From the NCBI GenBank assembly GCA_010093605.1, contig MU004185.1, forward strand, positions 1,509,334-1,573,333: DNA of 64,000 nucleotides, written 5' to 3'. Source of the stretch: Lophium mytilinum. Lineage: Eukaryota. The translations under genes and the position numbers were made by a program. The notes under the pieces are model-generated. The model had not been told where the DNA came from, did no database searches, and was given only the letters and a program-made list of their open reading frames with translations. This document shows positions 48,263 to 62,259 of this stretch, piece by piece (the first letter of the stretch is position 1; the number at the start of each line of letters is the position of its first letter).

Positions 48263-50430
48263 CTACATGACAATGCAATCCTTATCCTTGTCGTTACCCG
48301 CCTTTTTGATTTTGCCTCCCTTTTCCGTGGTAGGAGGGAGACCCGATTGCCCTGATGCTGCCTGCCGGATGATGGCTAGGCGTTGTTTTGCTCGTTCGTC
48401 GCCGTGGTCGGCGGCTTTAACGTACCAGACGTTGGCCTCGAGGGCGTCGCGTCGACAGCCGATGCCCATTTCTGTAAAATAGCCGCATGCGTACTCTGCT
48501 TTTGGAAGTCCTGGGAGTTGTTAGCGTGTAATCTTTACCATTGCCATTGGTTGATGTTCTGCTTACCATGCTCAGCAGCCTTCTTCGCCCATTCGTACGC
48601 TTCGTTTTCGTCCTTTTCCAACACTGGCTCGGCACCCACCATGTACCACGCGCACAGGTTCATCATAGCCTCGGGTATATCAGCCTGGGCTGCACAATTG
48701 TAGTAGTGCACGCTGAGTGCTGGATCTTTCGGACAGCAAAGAAGACCATGCTCGTACGCCTCGCCAAGCTTCAAAGCTGCCTGAGGATGTCCAAGCTCGG
48801 CCGCCTGGGTAAAGAGCTGCACCGCATAGATCTCGTCTTTGAAGATGTCCTCGCCGAATCCCGTCTCGTGCAACAATCCCAGCTCGTAAGGCGCAGTGTT
48901 GTACTGGGTGTCCGCCGATTCCGCAGCACGCTTCAGCCACTTCAGCCCCTCTCGGTACCGATTCACGAGGCCCATATCTCCTGTCAAACAGGCCTTGCCC
49001 AGCCTCGTTGCTGCTCCTGGGTGGTTCTTCGATGCAGCTGCTCGGTAGAATTGCACGGCCTTGGCGTAGTCCTTGCGACAGCCCCACCCGAATTCGTAGC
49101 ACAGAGCAGCGCGATAGCCAGCTTCAGCGTGTCCGTGTTTGCTGGCAGCAATGAAGAGTGGAAATGCTCGGTCGTAGTCGGGCTTGTCTTTGTTAAAGAG
49201 GCCCGACCCGTACCCGTCCCCGAGATAGTACTGCGCAAACGGATAACTCCGGTCGGCTAGCCTCTGGAGAATCTGTCGTGCCTCCCGAAGCATTTCAGCG
49301 GGGCTGAGACCATGGTCGTCAACCCCAGGGGGCGCGGCCCGGACCTCTTGCGCTACTTGCACCATAAATAGGGCAAATTCGTATTGAATGGCCAGGTCTT
49401 GTGTTTTCTTGACATTCGCCCGGTACATGTCCAATGTTTTCTTAGTATCAAGCAGTGACGCATTCGAGCCGACTGACTGCTTCAGCATAGCATTGCCGAA
49501 GTTGCCTGTAGGCGCCGCTTGCTGTGCATAGGGCACATTCAGCAGATCAATGTAGGATGTTGGGCGGCTTTCCGGCGACCTTCGATTGGCCGACTGTCCC
49601 CGAGCATAACTGACAGGCGACCCGTTCGGGGAGCCACCTGCAGACAGATGCGGCGAGTGCCGACCCCGCGCGTTCAAGTCTGCACCAAGCGTGTAGGCTG
49701 AACTGGGTCTGGGGATCGTGGTCCGTGGTAGTAGCGCGTCTGGCCTCTGGCTGTTCCGGTGCCCGCTGTTGTCGCTCGACGACGCGTGAGAGGACGCGCT
49801 GGGGGATTTCACACGATCAACGGGCTGCCTCACCGAAACAACAGGCACAGGGTTGGGCTCGTGATGATATTGCAATGGTGCGTAATTTTCTTGCGGCTGT
49901 TGGCCCTTGGAGCCAGGCGTGTGGAACGAGTCTGGTTCCTCGTCGTTGAAACCGTCGTCCAGAGGTACACTGTATACTGAATCCAGGTCCGCAACATGTG
50001 AATGTCGTGAATTGTACGCCACGTTGTTCACGTTCAGCTGCCGAAACGGTATATTCTGGGTGGTTGGGAACGAGGCTCCCATGTCCGTGGGTCGTGATGG
50101 GTCCGCAGTGTAAGCTTCTCTTGACGCGTTCCGAGAGTGTGGTCCAGAGCTCGGAGATAACGACGATCCAGACTGTCTCGACGAGCGGCCATCACTCGCG
50201 TCTCTTGAATAATTGTCCCCTTTGTACGGTGACGCACCCTGCAAGACAATCGACGGTTGTTCCGGAGACGCTCCCACGGGCTTCCGCCGCAAACTCTGGG
50301 AGCGGCTTTCCGGACTTCCATCTTGTTGCTCCGCTGGACTCGTCGCTTGCGGTGTGTAGATGTCGGGTATTTGTGGTACTGCGGGCAGAGGCCTGCTGTG
50401 TACTACCGGCGAGCCATCTGAGTAGCCCAT
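48263..50430 (-). CDS. SKT5: Chitin synthase activator, Sel1-like repeat protein (Skt5/Chs4); intron 48566-48511
   Basis: Tandem Sel1 repeats (AQYYLGD, ALCYEFGWG, YELGLLHE, LGEAYEHG, LCAWYMVG) and the C-terminal CAAX box CIVM. Confidence 0.92.
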
Positions 50431-52947
50431 GGTAAAGATTTACAGGCTGCAAAGCTGGTGAATTCAGAATCCGTTTCACTAGGCTGCAGACTTCCTTCAC
50501 GCTCTAGTTTCGGCGGAACTCTTGGGATTGGGTGGGTGGCGGTGTGTAGGTTCGAAGGATGAAGAGTGGTGGTTAGGCTGCGTCTGGGACGACCAGATGT
50601 CGACAATTGTAGGTAAAATCCCCACCGTGGGGTACTGTAAGCTACGGATCGTCAGCGCACTGCATTCACTTGCTTGTCAGGCGGCAGTATAAGGAGCGCG
50701 AAGGACGGTTGGGGAGGGGGCCGGGGATGTATGCGGCAGGCTGGCAGTGCATCGCCCCGCAGTGAATAGCCGGGATGGGTCTGAACACACCTGGAAAGCT
50801 GGGTGACAGGATCTGGAGGGAGGCCTTAAAACAACGTGTTGTATAAGAAGAAGGGTCAAGGCTGGAGGGACCCTGGCGTCGACGGTCGGAATTGGCCTGG
50901 GAGGGCTTTGTGAGCAACCCCACAGAATGGCTTTTTCTTTCTCGTACTACTAGTACGTTTGCGCGGCGCTGACGGGCTCGATCTTCGACAGGCCTGGATA
51001 TGCAGGGCTCCTGCTTAGGCAACTAGGTCCTAGGGGTGTCGCACTCCGCTTGTAAAGGTGCGCCCCGTCCCCTATTTGTTCCTCTTTACGTGACTCGGGG
51101 TGGGCCTGCGGCGTTAAGCACGGCGTCACGGAAGTTGGACGAACGAGGCAATTCGGCGCAACAGAAGTTCAGCGCGGCGGCAGCGCATGGAAGACGAGCA
51201 ATTGGGGGCCAAGGGGGGGCCAGAGAAGTGATACATGGGTGCATAGTGGGCTTGGGGCAGTGTTTATACGGCCGTCGACGGCGCTTGAGACACCTCGCTG
51301 AGTGTCCGCATAAGGCAGTCGTGGCTTTCTGCGGCCGCTCTCGTCAGAAACCAGCCCTGGAGGCCGACTGCTTCCGCGGTTGGTCTTGGTCACGGCTTGC
51401 ACAGAGGGAAGAATAGGAGGGGTGGGGGGGGAGGCGGAATGCGGCAGCTCGATGTGTGCGTCGAGGAATGCTGTTGATTGGCATCTTCACCCGCCCCCAG
51501 TTTTCCCGCCCATCACCATCACCACGGCTGTTCTGACGGCACCTCAGCCGTGCCCGTGGAGGAGGCCCTCAGGGTTACAGCACGTCCTGCCTCTCGGAAC
51601 CGGCAGCGCTCGCTTCAGGGCTGGACTGGCGCAAGTTGCGGTCTGCTCTCGAAGGTTGGAGGTTAGCCGCGTTATGCAACTCCAAGCGTCGAAGTGCCAA
51701 TAGCGGCGATGGTAGACGTCAGGCGGACGGGCGTGAGGCACGAGTAGTCAGAGCGTGCTCCCAGCGATCTGGCTGGCACTCGATGCGAGAAATTGCCCGT
51801 CTGGCTCCACGATCCGGCAGAAAGTGAATCGCAAACGGCCCGGACGGAGCGCCCCAGCGAATGACAGCCAGCGCGCATAAATAGGCACAGGCACTACGCC
51901 ATGGCGAATCTGGCTGGGGAGGCGTCTCTGGCGGTGTCTGGATCACGGCCGCCTCGTGGCAGAAGACAGCTGTCTGCTGGGCGCTGTTGATGAGGTGTTG
52001 CATACGCAGGTACCTGTGACTGTATATAAATCGGATAGAGTATAGAGGCTGGCCACATATTCAGGGGCCAGGGGCGGATACGACGGGAGCATTTGACAAT
52101 TCGACGCCGCGTGACGTGATGTCTGTCGGTTGAAGCGGTGCCTGTGCTGCTCAGGGACCAAGGGACGCTCTCTCGCGACAGGGAGAGCCCGACTCCGGCG
52201 CCGTTTGAGCGCAGCTGTAGGCTTCTGCATGCGCGGCAGCCGGCAGGAAAGGTCCGCTGCTGCAGACCGCGATACCGTGACACGCTTCAAGCAGGCGGAT
52301 CGCGGTGGTGAAGTCAACACCAAGAAGTCGATGGTTCCCGCCAGCCTGTGACGGGCTAGAAGCACGCCGTCTTTGATCCATCGCTCGGACAACCGACGCG
52401 GTCCCTAAATAGCATTGGTGCGGGGATCTGGCTGCGCCGCGGCCGCCAATTCGCCTCCCAATTCGCTCGATTCGCTGCAGCTTTTCTCTGCCATCCAGGG
52501 GCTGTTTGGCCCTCCGCTGTCCCTCTCCTTCACCCCATCGCTGCCTGTGTTTGGGCGGCCTAAGTCCTCCAAGTTTGTTGTTTCGACGCTCGTTCTGTGC
52601 CACTGCGCCTGCCACCATCGTTCACCGTGCCTGCCTACACAGGTACTTTCTTCACCATTCGCTACTGCTGTGCACTCAGCCTGGTGCCGCCAACTTCTCC
52701 CAAAACATCACCTGCTACGCCGCTCGCCGTCGGAGGCCTCACGCCTCACACTTCGCCCGGCTCCCCATTTCTCACTTCTGACCCTCGTTTGCCCGTGGGG
52801 TCTGCCACGCCTCTGCTGAGGCTGTGAGCGCTGTTCGTGGTCAGGCCGACTTAGCCTGACGGGTGCTCGCTAGGTGGGCAGCCCTCACTTTTACTCGAAC
52901 AAGCTTTGTTTGCGGAATTTGACTGACCCTGCATTCCTTGCAGCATC

Positions 52948-55900
52948 ATGTCTCTACCACAGCGACCCAACGCTACGTCTCCGAAGCATGACCAGCGACA
53001 TGTCTACCGAGACTCTCCCTCGCGTCGCCGGCGGCCCTCCGACCTCGAAGGCCGACACCAGTCCACCTCCTCCTACCCCAAGCCTCCTCCATCACCGGGC
53101 ACACCAGGAACGCCCGGCCAGCGCGATAGAGATCCGATGATGTCTGCACAAAGAGGTGGAGGGAGCGGCGATCTGGGGAGGAAACGCAGTCTGATCAGGC
53201 CGGAGCGCAACCGTATCGATCCCGACCATCCTAATTATTACTACCGAAAACACGCCCAAAACATGGCTGTGCAGCCTTCAACGACCGGAAACGAGCCAGC
53301 TTTGGAGGATCACATTGAAGCTGAGACCATCAGCTCCGAAAGCACGTACATGAAGCCATCACAGCACGCCCACCACAACTCCTCGGCCCAATACACCGAC
53401 AAATCTGCTCCTTTAGACGATGACACTCTCTTCGAGAACCGCCCACAGCGGAAGCTCACAAGAAGCAAGACGATGGAGAACCTTGAAAAGCAGCGTCAAA
53501 AGGATAGAGACTCTGTGCGGCCACCTAGTCTCTGGAATGTCTATTGTGCCGTTATTACCTTCTGGGCCCCCGATGCCATTCTCCGCTGTTTTGGAAAGGT
53601 GCAGAAAGCACAGCAGCGCGCATGGAGGGAAAAGATGGGCCTCGTCAGTATCATCCTCTTGATATGTACCTTCGTCGGATATCTTACCTTCGGCTTCACC
53701 GCAACGGTATGTCCGAATGGAGGAGGGGAACGATTAAGGATCAATCACGTCGACTCGGGTTTCATGATTATCCACGGTCAAGCGTACGATCTTGCCGAGT
53801 CTCAACATCCATGGGTCAGGGGCATTCCCGAAAATGCCAATGTTCTCTTCGACTTGCCCGAGAAGCACGGCGGACAGGATGCAAGCTTCCTTTTCCAAAA
53901 TGTCAACGGTGCCTGCAAAGGCTTGATCACTCTGGCCGAAGGTTCCGACGTTCCGACAAACAACAACAAGGATCTGGCCTGGTATTTCCCATGCAATACA
54001 TTCAACCAAGATGGATCCACCAAGCCTAATATGTCATACCCATATTATCTTGGATACGCATGCCACACTTCATCCAAGTCTCGCGATGCTTTCTGGGACC
54101 TTAACTCCGCCGGTGATGTCTTTTTCACCTGGGACGATATTAGAAACTCAAGCCGGAATCTGATGGTATGGGGCTCAGACGTGCTGGACCTGGATCTTCT
54201 CGAGTGGTTCAACAAGACTCAGGTCAGCGTCCCAGCTAAATTCGATGAGATCCGGAACAATCCTGCGGTTCGCGGTATAGATGTAACGCGATCGTTCTCC
54301 TCGAGTTACGAAAAGCAGGTTGCCCGATGCTTCACCGAGATTATCAAGGTCGGATCCATCGACACGGCCACAATCGGATGCATTGCCTCTAAGGTTGTGC
54401 TCTATGTTTCGCTCGTATTCATTCTCGCTATCGTTGTTGCCAAATTCATATTAGCGCTCTCGTTTCAGTGGTTTCTAAGCAAGAAATTCGCAGCTGATAA
54501 AACCTCACTTGGGACGGATTCAAAGAAGAGGAACCAGCAGATTGAGGAATGGAGTGATGATATCTATCGCCCTCCGCCAAAGCTCAACGACCCTGCCGGC
54601 ACTCCTGATAGGTCCAGCAAACGCGGTAGCCAGTTTTTCCCAACTCAGTCCAGGTTTACCAGCCCCTATGCGGTTGAGAAGATGTCGGCAAAGAACCGCC
54701 CACCTCCGACTACCATGACCAGCCAAAGCTCCACTGCGCGTCTTCTTTCCGCGAATCCAATGTACAACAAAATCAACAACAGTCAAGGCACTTTACCGAC
54801 CTTTGATGGGAAAATGTCAATGGGGGAGAGCAGATCTAGTGTGATGCTTTCAGGGACCACCGAGCAAAGATACTCAAGCGCTGTCGGCGAAAGTGAAGGC
54901 CCTGGACCCGCCGGATTCATCCACGAAGCTGTTGTTCCCCAACCACCTCCGGAATGGCAACCTTTCGGCTACCCGCTCGCTCACGCAATTTGTCTCGTTA
55001 CCGCCTACTCTGAAGGTGCCGATGGTCTTCGAACAACCCTAGACTCGGTTGCCGTTACGGATTACCCAAATAGCCACAAGCTTCTCCTAGTCATCTGTGA
55101 TGGTATGATTAAAGGCAAAGGGGAGGAGCTGTCAACTCCAGAGATTGCCCTTGCTATGATGAAGGACCACGCCATTCTCCCGCATGAAGTGCAAGCGTTC
55201 TCGTACGTTGCGGTGGCTAGCGGCTCGAAGCGACACAACATGGCTAAGATCTACTCCGGTTTCTACGATTACGGCGACAACTCCTTGATCCCGCTCGACA
55301 AGCAGCACCGCGTCCCAATGATGGTTGTTGTTAAGACGGGAACGCCGGACGAGGCCAAGAAGAGCAAGCCTGGAAACCGTGGCAAGCGAGACAGCCAGAT
55401 CATCTTGATGTCATTCCTGCAGAAAGTCATGTTCGACGAGCGCATGACGGAGCTCGAGTTTGAAATGTTCAACGGTATCTGGAAGATTACTGGCATATCG
55501 CCCGACTTTTACGAGATTGTGCTCATGGTGGATGCCGATACGAAGGTGTTCAACGACAGCTTGACGCATATGGTGTCGGCAATGGTCAAGGACCCCGAAA
55601 TCATGGGACTCTGCGGCGAAACCAAGATTGCCAATAAGCGAGAGTCGTGGGTGACGATGATCCAGGTGTTTGAGTAAGTTGATTGGACATGGGTGCGAGG
55701 GTGTCACTAACAATGCTAGGTACTTTATCTCTCATCATTTGTCGAAGTCGTTCGAGTCAGTGTTCGGCGGTGTAACCTGTCTGCCCGGGTGCTTCTGCAT
55801 GTATCGCATCAAGGCTCCCAAGGGGGGGCAGAACTACTGGGTCCCGATCCTGGCCAACCCGGATGTGGTCGAGCATTACTCGGAGAACGTGGTGGACACG

Positions 55901-56755
55901 TTGCACAAGAAGAACCTGCTTCTTCTAGGCGAGGATCGATACTTGTCGACGTTAATGCTGAAGACGTTCCCGAAGCGGAAGCAGGTGTTTGTCCCGCAGG
56001 CTGTATGCAAGACGACGGTGCCTGAGAAGTTCAGCGTGCTCCTCTCGCAGCGCCGGCGATGGATCAACAGCACGGTCCACAACCTGATGGAGCTAGTGCT
56101 TGTGCGTGATCTCTGCGGCACTTTCTGCTTCAGCATGCAGTTTGTCGTGTTCATTGAGCTGGTGGGGACACTCGTCCTCCCGGCTGCCATTGCATTCACT
56201 CTCTATCTCAGTAAGATCGCCATTCACGTTTTCATATCACGTGCTAACAGTATCCAGTTGCGATCTCGATCAAGGCGGGCATCGAGCACACAGCGGCGCC
56301 CGTGATCCCCCTAGTCCTGCTCGCGCTCATTCTCGGTCTCCCGGCGGTGCTCATTGTCCTGACAGCACATCGGTGGTCGTACGTGGCGTGGATGCTGGTC
56401 TACCTCTGCTCGCTGCCGATCTGGAATTTTGTGCTGCCGACGTACTCGTACTGGAAGTTTGACGACTTCAGCTGGGGCGACACGCGCAAGACGGCGGGGG
56501 AGAAGACGAAGAAGGGGGGCCTGGAGTATGAGGGCGAGTTTGACAGCAGCAAGATCACGATGCGACGGTGGCATGACTTCGAGGCCGGTAAGCAAACCCT
56601 GATGCATGTCCGATGCTGCAGTTGCTGACAGTGGGAACACAGAACGCAGGCTCAAGGCGCCGAGCGGAGGCAACGGGTGGTCGCAGCAGTCGACGACGGC
56701 GGCGGGCACCTGGCCCCTGCAACAGCATGCAAGCGACTCGTACTTTGAGAACTGA
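52948..56755 (+). CDS. CHS3: Class IV chitin synthase (orthologue type of yeast Chs3); introns at about 55675-55719, 56211-56258 and 56588-56642
   Basis: AWREK, a cytochrome-b5-like region, [32 protein letters not shown] and DDFSWGDTR. Confidence 0.95.
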
Positions 56756-58182
56756 GGTCCCGCGGGCCTGGTGGCGTCGGGAGGCCAACGGGCAGCGCGG
56801 ACGGGAGAGGAGCCGCGGGGGGGGGAGCTGTTGCATTACTGTATTACCGTGGCCGTGGTTGTTCTGCATTGCTCGGGGTTAAATGTGCATTGATAGGCCT
56901 GGACGGCGTTTTTGGATCCCTGTAGATGGAGGTTCTGCGTCGGCGGTCCCTGTATAGCGGGCGCGTCGTTTGCAATGGTAATCTGTGCTAGAATGCGTGC
57001 TAGAGGGCTGCTGTGCCTGTGCGGTGATGCATCGTGGTGCTGGAGTGATGTGAGGCCGCCGTTCGACTAGGTTGTCCCTGAGGCCACGGCCTGCGAAACT
57101 GGCTGTCGTGGAGACTTCTGACGCCAACGGGCGCGTCGGGCGGCCACGGGCAGGGCGTCGGCTGGGTGTGTTTTAAGACGTGTCACACGCAAGGCACACG
57201 ATCAGAGCGAGCAGCTGCAGAGCCCGCTGGAAAGAGGCTGACAGTCGGCGCTGGCACTCGCTTCGACCAGTGCCATTCAGCGTGCCGGCCGCGTTGTCGC
57301 ACAGCGCGGCTTGAGCAGCGCCGGCCCTGTGACCGGCTGCTTTCGTCGAGCCCGCTGGAGAGAGCCATTTATCGCGCCCGGGGCAGCGCAGTCGAAGGGA
57401 AGCGTGTTGGAGCGTGGAGGGAGGCCCTGCTGTCCTACCTACCAACCGAGGCCTTGAGCTCCCCGCCTCTTTCTACTCCACCAACTCTCACTGTGATACA
57501 GACACCGTGGTGCGCCGTTGCCGACCACGTTGTCCACACTCCCTGACCGACTCGACTGGGCCATGAAACGAGCCCGCCATCAGACTCAGTGCCCACAAAC
57601 CCTCCACACCTGACGCCGCGAGCCCGCCGACTGGAGACACCGAGAGAGGCACCTCCGACCTCAATTACAGCTTCACTGCCCGCCCACGCCACTGCAAGTC
57701 CCCCCGTTGCTGCACGCAATACCCACCAGTCCCGCGCACAGGCTCTGACACGCTGCAGCCTCTCCGAGCCGCAATCTGGGGCATATATTGGGCGACACAG
57801 GCCTCGCATCCGGCATATGAAAGCTCGCCGCTGCTCCGTCAGTACGCGGGAGAACCGTGCAGCAACCTGAATTAAGCCTCACCATACGCCCCTCGCCGCT
57901 CTCTCCAAGTACGCCCTGGCGCTCTGCTGGATGCCCCAAGCCGTCGGCGCGAGCTGGGAGGTCTGCGCCCTACCGTCTGAACAGACCGCGCATTGCGTGC
58001 CCTTCCAGAAGCTTGCACATACACGGCATCACCACCCCCGCGTCACCCTCCGACGTGGATACCCTCGCCACGGCGCCACACCTGGGGCAGCATACACTGG
58101 CAGTCGGTGTCGTGATATAAGACAGCACTGCCGGTGACCTGCCTCACGTCCGACCCCTCCTTCCGCCTTGGACCCTGCACAC

Positions 58183-60450
58183 ATGACCGCCATGGCCAGC
58201 TCCCACGACATCTTCCACTTTGGATCCTCGCCCTCGCCCGGGGCTCATTCCTCCAGCGGCGTCAGCCTCTTCTCTCCTCCCACGGTGTCTTCTGTGAAGC
58301 ACGCCGCGGCCGATGACATGGACACCTCCCCGCCAACGTCACCCATATCTTCACCGATCATGCCGCCATCTGCCCATTCACCCGACATCGCCATGGACAA
58401 CCGGCCGACAGGCCTAGAAGAGGAGGAAGATGACTCAGACAGTGAGGACGACAACAACAACGGAGTTTCACTCGAAGCTGCCCCCCCGAGTGCCCCTTCG
58501 ATCACCGACCTCATCGATTCCATGGAGTGGCAACTACCTACGCAGATAGAGCAAACTGAGACGCTGCCGCCTCTACATAGTCACGAATCGAACGGCGCCG
58601 CAGACTATCCCGATCCTTTTGATAGCACGAACGCATTGATCCTGCAAGCCAACGAGGGCCTACTGCCGTACTTGACCACCTCAACCGCCTCGATGATGCC
58701 CACTATCATGGCAGCCGCTCTCGGCGACGCTGATTCACTGCAACAGTACTCTCAAAGCTCGGATTTTGAGGACGCCCTGGAAGATGCGCTCGGACTTCCC
58801 TCCGTCAGTGACCACCAAGCCGTTATAGATGTGTGCAAGTTCATCGACCACTGGGCTGTGGCGGGTGGATTGAAGGGGGATCTCGGAATTATTGGCCTAG
58901 AAGCTTCCCGAGTGCGCGACTGGAAACGGCCAGCGGAAATCACAAAGGACGAACTACAAGGCGATCGATATGATATTCAAGGTATCAACTGGGAGGAACT
59001 CGACACGACTAGAGACAACGCTAGAGCAGCAAGACTAAAGCTGTCGACCCGGAAGGCCACTCCACCACCACCGGTGAGCACTTCCCTTTTGCCCTGTACA
59101 TCGAAACCACACATACTTAGTTATTGCCCTGCCACCACTACCTTGCAATCACGTTTTATCATGTTTCGCATCCCAAGCCATTTTGCCCGTGATTGTCTAA
59201 TTCATCATCTACTCCCTCGCGCCTTTCAAACGTTCTAGGCATCTCTAACGTAATCATTGCAGGGGACGTTGGCCAACAAGCTGCCCAGCTCCGAAAACTA
59301 CTTCCGCTTTCGCAAAATGAATACAACTCATCGAATCTCGGTAGCACATTTCCAGCTCCGGAACCTAATTTCAGCAATTTCGAGGAGCGACATATTTTAT
59401 GCCAGCAAATCAAAAGTCATGCACACCGATGCGTCAGGCCAGATGACTAGGTGTGCAATGGACTTGACGAAGCCAATGGGGGATCCTATGCATCCGTCTA
59501 CATTCAGCATCACCACTCTGACGGCTTCGGACGAAGTCCTGATTGCTGGTGGCTTCTACGGCGAATACGCACTAACCAACCTCCGATCAGAAGTAGGAGA
59601 ACCACCTGTGCAAGGCTATGTGACACACGAGTACAACGGCATCACCAACCATGCCCACACCTTCGACTCTCGCAACAGCGGCCTACCCCAAGGCGTGTTC
59701 TGCTCCAACGACCGCTGCTTGCGTATCCTCGATTGCACCACCAACACCTTCACCCACGAATTCCACTACAAGCAAGCCATCAACTGCTCCGCCACATCCC
59801 CTAACGGCCGCATGCGTGTGATAGTTGGCGACTTCGACAAAGCCCTCATCACCGACGCCGAGACCGGCAAGCCGTTCGAGCACCTCCCCTCCCACACCGA
59901 CCACGTTTTCGCCTGCGCCTGGGCCGACGACGGCATCCACGTGGCCACGGGTTCCCAGGACCACAAAATCGTCGTCTGGGACGCCCGCAGATGGGACACT
60001 CCCCTCGCCACTTTCGCCTCCGTCATGTCCTGCCCGCGCTCACTCCGCTTCTCACCCGTCGGAGGCGGCCGTCGCGTGCTCTTCGCCGCCGAGGCCGAAG
60101 ACATCGTCTCGGTCTTCGACGGCTATGACTTCGACAAACGCCAGGTCCTCGACTTCTATGGCGCCACGGCCGGCATCAGCGTCACGCCGGACGGGCAGAG
60201 CCTGTTTGTCGCCAACGGCGACGGCAAGTTCGGCGGGCTCATGGAGTTTGAGCGGTGCCAGTTCGCGGAGCCGTGGGGGGTGGAGGAGCCGCGGCGGTCG
60301 TGGAAGGGGCATCGGATGCGGGAGGAGCGGCTTCCGCGGGGCGCTTGGGAGTGGGTGGCCGAGGAGGATCTTGATGAGGATCCGAGGGTTGTTGGCTGTA
60401 GGAAGGCGAGGGAGAGGAGGGGGATGGGGCTGGAGGAGCTGTATGTTTGA
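58183..60450 (+). CDS. WD40-repeat protein (DUF2415-type); exons 58183-59073 and 59263-60450
   Basis: DIQGINW, HFQLRNLI, LIAGGFYGE, SNDRCLR, NCSATSPNG, HTDHVFACAW...ATGSQD...VWDAR and AEAED motifs. Confidence 0.85.
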
Positions 60451-61299
60451 TTTTTGACCGTGACTGTGGCAGCGATACTTGAGTGTGGATGCAAGCGGAT
60501 GTCAGGGGAACTTCGGAGGGAGTATTTGAAAGCCTGGATGGCTGGATTTGATACATGTCTTAGCTCATACCCCTCCCCCTTGTTTCCTTCTGGTTTACAT
60601 CTCTAAATACTCTCATATCTCTTCTACAAGGGATTACTTTCTTCATTGCAGATGTCGACTTTTTCTTTGGTCTTGCAGATGTCTTCTTTTTTCCTTTCTG
60701 GGTCTGTGTCTAAGAGAAAAGTCTTTCTAGACCGTTGGGGGTTGCTCTGGGGGAGCGCCTACCAATTCCCCGAATTTTCTTCCGTTCTTCCTTTCTCTAC
60801 GAAAGCGTAACGCTCGAACATGAGCTGCTGGGGGAGGCGGGTGGTAGAGTGTGCGGAGCATGGTGGAGCATGGGAATAGGTGTTTTCGTTTTCGCATACG
60901 CATACAGCATTGGGCGCGGCGTTTTTGGGGGTCCCTGTAGATGCGTGAGCTAGCGGAAAAAGCCGGTGTTTTGGGAGTGGGTGGGAAGGTGGGAAAGGGA
61001 TGTTTGGGAGTGGCGAGGCTTGTATGCTAGGTAGGCCCTGGGGGCGTTTGTAGAGAATGTCGAGTAGTGTTGAGGTAGTGAGTTTTCGGATTTGATGAAT
61101 GTGTCGTGTGAATTTAGCGCAGGTGATGGGAGCTGAGGGATGAGATGGGTAGCGAGGTGAGTTCGTAGTGCATAGCTGGGAGTATAGGGAGTGGTGCTGA
61201 CGCGGATGTGTAGATGAGCTTGGAGGGGATGGGAGATGGTGCACGTCTTGTGGTATAGACCAAAAAGTATCGACATCGCGGATCTCACTGTTCGCCCTC

Positions 61300-62235
61300 T
61301 AAGTTCATGCGGAAATGTTCTCACGCGTTTGGAGGTGGGACTCTTCCATCTTGAACTAATCGATACGACCACATCACGCCCCCCTCGGTGTGTGAGTCTG
61401 CGTCTTTTGGAGATCTGATTCACGCGGTTCGATGTGTGATTCTTTTCACTTCATCTGACCGGTATGTTAACTCTAGAGTCTACGTCCCCCTTCAACGTAC
61501 GCCTCCATGTTTGAAGAGTATTTGAGTTACGCGGTTCGATGTGTGATTCTTCCTTCTTGAACTGGCCGATACGACCACGCTACGGCCCCCGTCGGGGCGT
61601 AACTTTACGTCAAATGAATGTTTGATTTATGCGGTGAGCTCTGTAAGTCTCTCTTCTTGGACTAACCGATAGTCGACGTAGATACCCGATCACCTCGACA
61701 CGGTCTTATAAACAATTGATCTACGCGGTTGGATCTAGAAGTCCTTCCTCTTAAACCAACTAATAGAACCGCACTAGGGCCCTTTTCGGCGTCCATTCTA
61801 AAGTTAAGGTAAAACTTCTACGCAGGCCAATATATAACACTTTGCGACTTATTCAACTAGAGCATTAACTCTACAGCCCCCCTTAGCATTATAGTAAGGT
61901 CGACAGATATCCTTTATACGGTTCAATTTGTAACTCTTTCTCCTTAAATTAACCGATACAACAACCTTGCGTGCCCCCTTGGCGTCATTATCAAGGCTAA
62001 TTAAACTGAAGTTATATAGTTGGATCTGCAAGTCTTTCTTCTTAAATTGACCAGTACGACTGCATTATACGCCCTCTCCGCGTTGACACCAAAGTTGATA
62101 GAAATTCCTTTCAGGCGGTTCAATATGTAGCTCTTTGCTTTTAACGAAGACGACACACCACGGCCCTACTCAGCGCCCACCCAACTAGAACTAATACTCA
62201 CGCGGTTCGATCTGTCACTCTTTCTTCTTAAACAA
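61300..62235 (-). repeat. Degenerate tandem array, 10 units of ~98 bp, family R in reverse orientation
   Basis: The reverse complement of the 36.3-kb core (acgcggttcgatgtgtgattcttt) is anchored at 61326, 61425, 61532, 61632, 61726, 61823, 61919, 62017, 62116 and 62203. Confidence 0.85.
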
Positions 62236-62259
62236 GACTAATGCCCGTCAGAATCGACT

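Noticed and set aside
50666..52900. Many short overlapping ORFs between SKT5 and CHS3
   Set aside because: GC-rich promoter and 5' leader sequence; no recognisable coding signal.
60560..61244. Possible decayed minus-strand gene downstream of the WD40 gene
   Set aside because: Short frames with stops and no recognisable family; insufficient support.
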